A stretch of 14,570 nucleotides of DNA, from positions 1 to 14,570 of the forward strand of contig JBHLME010000113.1 of the NCBI GenBank assembly GCA_048938445.1, given 5' to 3'. Position 1 is the stretch's first letter; the number at the start of each line of letters is the position of its first letter. The notes under the pieces were generated by a model. The model had not been told where the DNA came from, searched no databases, and saw only the letters and a program-made list of their open reading frames with translations. Source of the DNA: Promethearchaeota archaeon (GTDB lineage: Archaea > Asgardarchaeota > Lokiarchaeia > Sigyniarchaeales > SOKP01). The position numbers and the translations under genes are program-made. Below, one piece after another: positions 1-6,799 of the stretch.

Positions 1-18
1 GAATACTTTTTTTGCCAT
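1..18 (-). CDS. 5' end of a gene running off the left edge (MAKKVF...), product unknown
   Basis: ATG at 18-16 reads ATG GCA AAA AAA GTA TTC. A GGAGG Shine-Dalgarno (30-26) lies 7 nt upstream. Only 6 codons are visible. Confidence 0.55.
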
Positions 19-25
19 TTTTTTT

Positions 26-32
26 CCTCCAC
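26..32 (-). promoter_or_regulatory. Shine-Dalgarno GTGGAGG for the left-edge gene
   Basis: CCTCCAC on the + strand at 26-32, correctly spaced before ATG 18 in an otherwise poly-A/T context. Confidence 0.55.
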
Positions 33-59
33 TTTTTAATTAATTACTAATTTTTTTTA

Positions 60-314
60 TTAAAGTCCATATTTTTTATAATGAACTTCATTATATAATA
101 ATTCTTCTTTCAAATATTTAAAAGTTGTGGTAAATGTTCGATATCATATGTTTCGGTTAATAAGATCACCCAATCTTCAAGATCACGATGTCTGAGAAGA
201 AAAGCCAAAGAATATGAATGGAGCCTTCTCCTCTGAGATTTTTTAAGATCTTAGAAAATGAACCTTTTAAAGAGTAATTCTTTTTAAATCAATTAGATTT
301 ACTCTAAATCGCAT
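60..314 (-). pseudogene. Possible frameshifted remnant of a small gene (or homopolymer sequencing errors)
   Basis: Higher GC than the adjacent AT-rich 360-578 stretch. Protein-like minus-strand segments in different frames (MRFRVNLIDLK; NYSLKGSFSKILK; LAFLLRHRDLEDWVILLTETYDIEHLPQL; KYLKEELLYNEVHYKKYGL*) can be joined at A/T runs and end at TAA 62-60, just upstream of the next gene's SD. No family recognised. Confidence 0.3.
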
Positions 315-578
315 ATTAAACAATTAAAAATTAGTAGTGTGCTACAATAACACTAGTATTCCAGTAAATATTCTTTAAATTTAATATTAATAAAAAAATA
401 AATATATTTTTAATATCAACTTAATAAAAGAAATTTTTTACAATAATAAATATCCAAATTAATAACTATTTGAATTTAATATAATTGTAATTAAAATTAG
501 TTAGAAATTCTCTTGCTTCATCTCCATAATCTAATATAAATATAAGAATTAATATTAAATTCTAAATTATTTAATGTT

Positions 579-1643
579 ATGAAGAAAATTATATCTATTA
601 CAAAAGGGGATGGTATTGGACCTGAAGTAGTAGATGAGGGAATAAAAATATTAAAAATTATAGAAAATTATACAGAACTCGAATTTGAATTTCAAGAGGC
701 AATTGCGGGAGGTTTGGTTTGGAAGGAATATGGTGAGAGTTTACCTGCTAAATCATTTGATATTATTAAGAACTCTGATGCTTTATTATTTGGAGCAATT
801 GGAATACCAGAATTGCCTCAAGGAGTTGCAGAACTGGCAATCTTTAAAATAAGACATGATTTAGATTTGTATGTAAATTTAAGACCTATTAAATTATATG
901 ATGCTTTAAGGGACAGATGCCCCCTCAAGGAAGAATTTATTGGAGATGGTATAGATATTACTTTTGTTAGAGAAAATACAGAGGGGCTTTATCAAAATAT
1001 TGGAGAATTAAAGGAGGAAGAAGCATATAATATCATGAAATATACTCGAAAAGGATGTGAGCGAATTATTAAGTATGCATTTCAATATGCAAAAAAAAAT
1101 GGTCATGATAAAATAACTTCGGTAGATAAAGCTAATCTTTTAAAACCTAGTCAATTATGGCGTAAAATTTTTCACGAAATAGCTGAAGTCTATCCTGACT
1201 TGAAAACCGAAGATATATATGTAGATGCTTTTTGTCAATGGTTAATTAGAGCACCATTTTCTTATAAAACGGTTGTTACAGGTAACATGTTTGGTGATAT
1301 CATAAGTGATGAAGGTGCTTTCCTCATTGGTAGTCTAGGAATGGCTCCAAGTGGAAATATTCATCCTGGTAAGGTTTCAATGTATGAACCAATACATGGG
1401 TCTGCTCCAGATATAGCTGGTAAGGGTATAGCAAATCCAATAGGTACGATTCTAAGCGTGAAATTAATGCTACAAGAATCATTTGATCATCCCAAAATAT
1501 CTGAAGAAATTGAAATGGCAGTAGAAGAATCATTAAATGAAGGTAGAACCGTAGATATAACAAATCCAGATTTAAAGATTCTTTCGACTAAGGAAATGGG
1601 CAGTTTAATATCTGAAAAATTAAAAAAACGATTAAAGAAATAG
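579..1643 (+). CDS. leuB: Isocitrate/isopropylmalate dehydrogenase family protein, probably NAD-dependent 3-isopropylmalate dehydrogenase
   Basis: GDGIGPEV, DALLFGAIG, R..LDLYVNLRP, VRENTEGLY, VDKAN, YVDA and NMFGDIISD motifs are present. EPIHGSAPDIAG carries the NAD-type Asp-Ile pair. A Glu precedes the substrate helix (AELAIFKIR), as in IPMDH. The family call is secure; the substrate is inferred. Confidence 0.8.
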   Translation: MKKIISITKGDGIGPEVVDEGIKILKIIENYTELEFEFQEAIAGGLVWKEYGESLPAKSFDIIKNSDALLFGAIGIPELPQGVAELAIFKIRHDLDLYVNLRPIKLYDALRDRCPLKEEFIGDGIDITFVRENTEGLYQNIGELKEEEAYNIMKYTRKGCERIIKYAFQYAKKNGHDKITSVDKANLLKPSQLWRKIFHEIAEVYPDLKTEDIYVDAFCQWLIRAPFSYKTVVTGNMFGDIISDEGAFLIGSLGMAPSGNIHPGKVSMYEPIHGSAPDIAGKGIANPIGTILSVKLMLQESFDHPKISEEIEMAVEESLNEGRTVDITNPDLKILSTKEMGSLISEKLKKRLKK

Positions 1644-1741
1644 TTTAATATTCATTCAGAATTACTATAAAGATAATATTTGAATATTTCTTTTAATAAA
1701 TATTAATGAATATTTTGATTAATTCATAAGAGTGAGGGAAA

Positions 1742-2899
1742 ATGGGAAAGTATAAAATAGTTGTATTACCTGGTGATGGAATTGGTCCCGAGATAATGAC
1801 AGAAGCATTAAAGGTCTTAAATGTCATTGAAGATATTTTCAATAATATCAATTTTGAATTTATAAAATATGAATGTGGTGGTCAATATTGGTTAAAAACA
1901 GGCCGTAAAGAAGAATGGCCAGTAGAAGCATATGAAACATGTAAGAATGAATCAGATGCCATCTTATTGGGAGCAATCGGGTGGACAGATCCTACCACAG
2001 GTAAAACTGTTTCATACCCTAATGGTAAAATGGTAGGTCTCGAAGTCCTTTTTGGATTAAGATTTGGTTTAGATCTCTATGCGAACATAAGACCAACTAA
2101 ATTATATGAGGGAGTACAACATAAAATTTCTGGTGAGTTTCGACAAGTTTGGAAACCAGAAAATGTAGATTTTGTGTCAATCAGAGAAAATACTGAAGGA
2201 TTATATGCTGATACACATGGAAATTTAAAAAGAAATGAGATTATTGAAGTTGCTACGGATTGCAGATTAATAACACGGAAGGGTTCTGAAAGAGTTATCA
2301 AATTTGCATTTGAATACTGTAAGAGAAGGAATAAAGGTTCACCAAAAGATGGCAAGCTAAGAGTAACATGCGTGGATAAAAGTAACGTGACTGCGGGATG
2401 TAAATTATTCCGTCAAATTTACCAGGAAATTGCTCCAAAATATCCAAATATTGAAGAAGACTATGCTTTTATTGATGCCTTTACTCAATGGATAGTTCGC
2501 ACACCGGAATGGTTTGATGTTTGCGTGATACCAAATATGTTCGGAGATATTGCCACAGATCTGGCTGCTGTTCTTCAAGGGAGTTTGGGAATGGCCGCTA
2601 GCGGGAATGTAGGTGATAACTATGGGATGTTTGAACCTATACACGGTTCTGCACCAAAACATGCTGGCAAAAACATTATAAATCCAATAGCAACAATATC
2701 AGCAGCTCAAATGATGTTAGATTGGTTATCAATGAGGAATAACAATGATCCCGATTTAAAGAAAGGTGCTAATCTAATTGAAGAAGCTGTTCAATCACTC
2801 CTTAAAGAAGGAAAGGTCAGAAGTTATGATTTGGGAGGAAATTCAAGTACATCTGCAGTTGGAGATGCTATTTGTCAAAAGTTAAAAGAAATCTCCTAA
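1742..2899 (+). CDS. Second isocitrate/isopropylmalate/tartrate dehydrogenase family protein, substrate uncertain, NADP-type signature
   Basis: GDGIGPEI, DAILLGAIGW, LRFGLDLYANIRP, IRENTEGLY, VDKSN, NMFGDIATD and EPIHGSAPKHAG motifs. A purine-rich GAGTGAGGG precedes the ATG. Confidence 0.9.
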   Translation: MGKYKIVVLPGDGIGPEIMTEALKVLNVIEDIFNNINFEFIKYECGGQYWLKTGRKEEWPVEAYETCKNESDAILLGAIGWTDPTTGKTVSYPNGKMVGLEVLFGLRFGLDLYANIRPTKLYEGVQHKISGEFRQVWKPENVDFVSIRENTEGLYADTHGNLKRNEIIEVATDCRLITRKGSERVIKFAFEYCKRRNKGSPKDGKLRVTCVDKSNVTAGCKLFRQIYQEIAPKYPNIEEDYAFIDAFTQWIVRTPEWFDVCVIPNMFGDIATDLAAVLQGSLGMAASGNVGDNYGMFEPIHGSAPKHAGKNIINPIATISAAQMMLDWLSMRNNNDPDLKKGANLIEEAVQSLLKEGKVRSYDLGGNSSTSAVGDAICQKLKEIS

Positions 2900-2954
2900 A
2901 CTTTACCATTTATTACTATTATAGCATTATTAAAAATAAAATTCAACTGAAATT

Positions 2955-4508
2955 TTATCCTCTTATTGCTGAGAGCATAACAATTAACTCATCAAAGATT
3001 TCTAATCTATATTCACCCCCAATTTTAAAAAATAGCAAGGAAACAATCTTTTCTTCCAACAATTCATTAACATTCATTTCCTCCATTAGTTGGGACCAGA
3101 CAACATTTTCAGAAATTCGAATTCCAATTAACACGACTTTATTCTCTTTAATTGCTTTAATAATTTTAATAACCATGGTTTTCCAAGAAGGGGCTATATG
3201 TTGTCTCTGTCTTGCATCAAATATACAAAAAACGCCATCATCTTCTTCCGAAATAGTAAATGTATCATAAAGAAAATTTTTTACGACCAACCCATTTAGA
3301 TATTCATAAATTTTTTCTCCCTTAGTATCCTTAATTCTAGCATATTTACCCAATTGGCTTATTTCCGTTATAATTTGTAATCCTGGGCTCCAAAATTCAT
3401 TTTCAGCTATAAAAGTCAGGTTTAATTTACTTTTTTCATTAAGAATCGATAAAATTTCTTTTGAAATAGTTTCTTTCAACCTTTCTTCTTCCCTCTCTTT
3501 GCTCTTCATTATAAAATGATATGATATCAAATTGAAAGCATCCTCTATATTTAATCCAGATAAAGCACTTGTTTCTATGTAAGAAATATGAGACTTTCCT
3601 TTTTGTGAAAGAAAAGAAGCTTTATTTGAACCTTCTTCAGTGCTAATGACTCTTTGATCTTCTAAATCAGTCTTATTTCCTATTATTGTTACCGGTAAAT
3701 CCTTATCTCCAATAAATTCATTAAGTTCTTCAACCCAATTATCCAAATTATCAAAACTTTCACGATTAGTGATATCATAGACTATGAAAGCTGCTTGTGC
3801 TCCTTGATAATAGGCTTTTCTAAAGCGTTTAAAATATTTTTGAGCACCTACATCAAAGAGAGAAAGACAAATTTTATTTCCAAATGCTTCAAATTCATGA
3901 GATAGAATATTTAATCCTATTGTTGCTCGATAATCGTGAGTAAATTTATTCTCAACAAATCTCCTTACAATGGAGGTTTTTCCGACTTCATGATCTCCTA
4001 TAATAATGAATTTAAATTGGAATGTCCCTCCAGATTCTAATCTTAATTGATAAACTTGATGTTTGAGTCTTTGAAATTCAGAAGCACCTTGGTCAAAATG
4101 TGGTAAAATAAATTGAATGTTATCTTCTTCAGTAGCAGTAAGAATTTGAGCAACTTTTTCTGCTAAGAAAAAAGCATAAGGGGAGAATTTGTCAATAGAT
4201 GCCATATTGTTAATAACCAAACTTAAGGTAATTTTTTCATCAACACTAATGAAGAGAAGTCTATGAGCATCAGTATCAAATGAAGCATTACCAAACTTTT
4301 TAAATGAAAATTCATCTCGAATTCTTTCTAAAATTGGATTTATGATTCCAGATAAAACTGAAACTATTTCCATGTCAATATCTTCACGTTTTTCTCCTCC
4401 AATTATCAACCCATCGGCGTCAGACACTATAATAGCTTCAGTTTCATCATTTACTTCAATAAAATTTTTCATCAATGTAGAAAGAAGGTCAGGCCTGTTA
4501 ATTGTCAA
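2955..4508 (-). CDS. Roadblock/LC7 domain + Rab-like small GTPase + C-terminal alpha/beta domain fusion (517 aa)
   Basis: aa 1-124 show the Roadblock pattern (EAIIVSDADGLII...LLFISVDEKITLSLV). aa ~163-335 contain G1 GDHEVGKT, G2 YRATIG, G3 DVGAQ, G4 NKTD and G5 ETSAL, plus Rab-like YYQGA and IVYDIT. No C-terminal Cys prenylation motif. TTG start at 4508, alternative ATG at 4472. Confidence 0.92.
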   Translation of the reverse strand: MTINRPDLLSTLMKNFIEVNDETEAIIVSDADGLIIGGEKREDIDMEIVSVLSGIINPILERIRDEFSFKKFGNASFDTDAHRLLFISVDEKITLSLVINNMASIDKFSPYAFFLAEKVAQILTATEEDNIQFILPHFDQGASEFQRLKHQVYQLRLESGGTFQFKFIIIGDHEVGKTSIVRRFVENKFTHDYRATIGLNILSHEFEAFGNKICLSLFDVGAQKYFKRFRKAYYQGAQAAFIVYDITNRESFDNLDNWVEELNEFIGDKDLPVTIIGNKTDLEDQRVISTEEGSNKASFLSQKGKSHISYIETSALSGLNIEDAFNLISYHFIMKSKEREEERLKETISKEILSILNEKSKLNLTFIAENEFWSPGLQIITEISQLGKYARIKDTKGEKIYEYLNGLVVKNFLYDTFTISEEDDGVFCIFDARQRQHIAPSWKTMVIKIIKAIKENKVVLIGIRISENVVWSQLMEEMNVNELLEEKIVSLLFFKIGGEYRLEIFDELIVMLSAIRG

Positions 4509-4711
4509 ACGACTTATTCACAATTCTACTTTTTTTTTATTGTATCAAATAATAAAAATATTCTCTTTTAAACATATTTTTAAATTTGGAATTTTATTAT
4601 AAATTTGTATTTTTTCGAGTTTACCATTGAAAAAAGAATATTTTCTAAAAATATAATACCATTTGAGTATATTCATTTGATCATAAATTAAAAAAATGCT
4701 GTTAGGGAAAT

Positions 4712-5284
4712 ATGAAGTGCCTTATATGTCACAAGGATATTAATGAATTGAATATTGAAGAAAGAGTTGATTGCCCCAATCATCATTCAGTTCATACAGA
4801 CTGCTTAAAAGAATGGTTTAGTCATTCAAAGAGCTGTCCTTTATGTAGCGAACCATATTCTCAGCTTATTATCAATAAATATAAAAGCTATTTCCAGCAA
4901 AAAGAAAAAGAAGAGCAAGAATTTTTAGAAAAAGAAAAAAAAGAACAAGAGATTATTACAATAAAAAAAATTGCTGAAAAAATTGAATTTAAGAAATACA
5001 TTGAAATTATTGAAAAAAATTTTACTGAGAATAAAATCGGAGAAGCATTGGATAAAATTGAAGCATTAACCTCAAAATTTGGAAACAACCAAAAATTTGA
5101 TATAATGTTTTTAAAAGGAAAAGCCAATTACTTGAGAGGTCGTTATGACATGGCAATAAATTTTCTTTTTAAGTTAGTAAAAGAGCAATTTGACTTCCCG
5201 GAGGCATTCTTATATTTAGGAAAATCATATGAGGCCTTAGGTCTTGAAGATAAAGCAAAATGGGCATATGATCGAGTTAAATAA
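4712..5284 (+). CDS. RING-H2 zinc finger / coiled-coil / TPR protein, putative E3 ubiquitin ligase
   Basis: C3-x2-C6...C21-x3-H25-x2-H28-x2-C31...W35...C42-P-L-C45 matches RING-H2. An E/K/Q-rich helix follows (QQKEKEEQEFLEKEKKEQE). The C-terminus has TPR-like helices (FLKGKANYLRGRYDMAINFL; PEAFLYLGKSYEALGLEDKAKWAY). Confidence 0.88.
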   Translation: MKCLICHKDINELNIEERVDCPNHHSVHTDCLKEWFSHSKSCPLCSEPYSQLIINKYKSYFQQKEKEEQEFLEKEKKEQEIITIKKIAEKIEFKKYIEIIEKNFTENKIGEALDKIEALTSKFGNNQKFDIMFLKGKANYLRGRYDMAINFLFKLVKEQFDFPEAFLYLGKSYEALGLEDKAKWAYDRVK

Positions 5285-5285
5285 C

Positions 5286-5292
5286 TTTTTTT
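5286..5292 (+). terminator. Oligo-T tract right after the RING-TPR stop, possible archaeal-type terminator
   Basis: T7 immediately after TAA 5282-5284. Weak evidence, since T-runs are common in this window. Confidence 0.3.
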
Positions 5293-5315
5293 GATAGAAA
5301 TTCTTCTAATGATCT

Positions 5316-6722
5316 ATGGATAAAATCCATAATATTTGTTTAACAATAGCAGGAGCTGATCCGACTTCAGGGGCAGGAATTCAAGCAGATATAAGGACAT
5401 TTGATCGTTGTGGTGTCCATCCATTCTCAATTGTCACAGCTCTGACATATCAAACTGCTACAGATTTCTTTGGGTATACTTCATTGTCAGATCATTTAGA
5501 AGATCAATTAAAATCAATTTTTGAGCATTATGCTATTAAATATGTTAAAATAGGAATGATTCCTGATCTTAATTCTTTAGAAATCATCTTAAAGTATATA
5601 AAAATGTTCGATTTATCTGTCATTTATGATCCTATAACCATATCTAGTACAGGTGAACGTCTATCTAATGAAGGTATTGAAAAAAATTTGGAAAAAGAAT
5701 TATTTCCTGTTGTTAAAATACTTACTCCAAATATTTCTGAAGCATTATTTTATTCTGGAATGAAAACCAATGACTTGAGTTTAAAAAATATCATAGTAAT
5801 TAAGAAAGTTGCGAATCTCATTTTAGAAAAATTATATCGTAATTCTAATCATTATGAAGTTGAAAAAGCAGTCATTATCAAGAATGCAATTACAACTAAA
5901 GATAAAGTGATTGATTTAGCCTTGATTAATAAAGATACTGAAAAAGGTCTTGAAAAAGTTTATCGGACTTATGAAAAAAGAAAATTAGAATTTCAAGGTA
6001 ATGTACATGGAACAGGTTGCATTTTTTCTTCAGCTATCACTGCTTTTCTATGTCAAGGTAATAGTTTAGAAACAGCAATTAAAATGGCAGAGGTTTTTTT
6101 TGATGAAAAATTCCAAAAATTCATTGAATTACCAAAAAATGGTAAACTGATTGATTTAACATTAACAGAAGATAAATTAGATGTAATTAATCAGATTAAA
6201 GAAATTTATTCTTATGTTTCAACAATAAAAAAATTTTCAGTGTTGATTCCTGAAGTAAGGTTAAATATCTCTGGATCCTTGCCTAATGCTCAATCTAAAA
6301 ATGAAATCGCGGGAATAGAGGGTAGGGTTACTATAATTAATGGATATCCTCATGCTTCGGGGCAGATAAAATTTGGAGTATCTGATCATACAGCAAGGTT
6401 GATATTGGCAGCAAAAGAATTTGATAAATCGATAAATTTTGCTACAAATTTAAAATATGATGAAAAAATTATCAAATTAATTCAAGAAAAGACTGATTTA
6501 TTTACTTATGAATTTATAAGAGAAAGTCAACCTGATATAGTTAAATTAAAAGAACATTCAACTATGCAATGGCTAATTAAGGAAAGCATTGAAAATACAG
6601 GAAAGATACCAGATATAGTATGGGATAAAGGTGCCATAGGGAAGGAACCTATTATGAGAATATTTGCTAAAGACTCTCATGATATGATCTCTAAACTTGA
6701 TAAAATTATAAAAGTCATTTAA
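5316..6722 (+). CDS. thiDN: Bifunctional HMP/HMP-P kinase - thiamine-phosphate synthase (ThiD-ThiN fusion)
   Basis: N-terminal ThiD motifs: TIAGADPTSGAGIQAD, VKIGM, DP, LTPNISEA, HGTGC. C-terminal ThiN motifs: LIPEVRLNI, IEGRV, FGVSDHTAR, PDIVWDKGAIGKEPIMRIF. Confidence 0.93.
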   Translation: MDKIHNICLTIAGADPTSGAGIQADIRTFDRCGVHPFSIVTALTYQTATDFFGYTSLSDHLEDQLKSIFEHYAIKYVKIGMIPDLNSLEIILKYIKMFDLSVIYDPITISSTGERLSNEGIEKNLEKELFPVVKILTPNISEALFYSGMKTNDLSLKNIIVIKKVANLILEKLYRNSNHYEVEKAVIIKNAITTKDKVIDLALINKDTEKGLEKVYRTYEKRKLEFQGNVHGTGCIFSSAITAFLCQGNSLETAIKMAEVFFDEKFQKFIELPKNGKLIDLTLTEDKLDVINQIKEIYSYVSTIKKFSVLIPEVRLNISGSLPNAQSKNEIAGIEGRVTIINGYPHASGQIKFGVSDHTARLILAAKEFDKSINFATNLKYDEKIIKLIQEKTDLFTYEFIRESQPDIVKLKEHSTMQWLIKESIENTGKIPDIVWDKGAIGKEPIMRIFAKDSHDMISKLDKIIKVI

Positions 6723-6799
6723 TTTTAATCCCTTTTTTAAATCACATTTTAAGGTGTGGAGAATGAAAAAAAGAGTTAATATTAATAAAAAGTAGAAAA
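6723..6799. terminator. Convergent termination region between thiDN and the acyl-CoA ligase
   Basis: T-tracts on the + strand and A-tracts (T on -) flank a weak CACATT-TTAA-GGTGTG stem. Confidence 0.35.

Noticed and set aside
121-246. Plus-strand frame with an in-frame TGA (193-195) as a possible selenoprotein
   Set aside because: Short, with no redox motif or selenoprotein resemblance, and I could not identify a SECIS-like hairpin.
190-270. CTGAGA (twice) and GAACCT suggesting a TPP riboswitch
   Set aside because: The downstream TGAT...TAAT...GCG..GG elements and P1/P2 pairing are missing, and the site is far from the thi genes.
1324-2662. Minus-strand ORFs 1324-1563, 2077-2355 and 2405-2662
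   Set aside because: They lie antisense within the motif-complete dehydrogenase genes and show no recognisable motifs.
579-4508. Leucine-sensing link between the leuB-like genes and the Roadblock-GTPase (Rag/TORC1 analogy)
   Set aside because: The genes are convergent, the G domain is Rab-like rather than Rag-like, and adjacency is the only evidence.
4894-4950. AAAGAAAAA-type repeats
   Set aside because: Explained by Glu/Lys codons of the coiled coil, not a DNA repeat element.
2872-5127. ORFs 2872-3270 (+), 4342-4602 (+) and 4888-5127 (-)
   Set aside because: Shadow frames of the GTPase and RING genes, with the Ser/Ile/Phe-rich composition typical of antisense translation.
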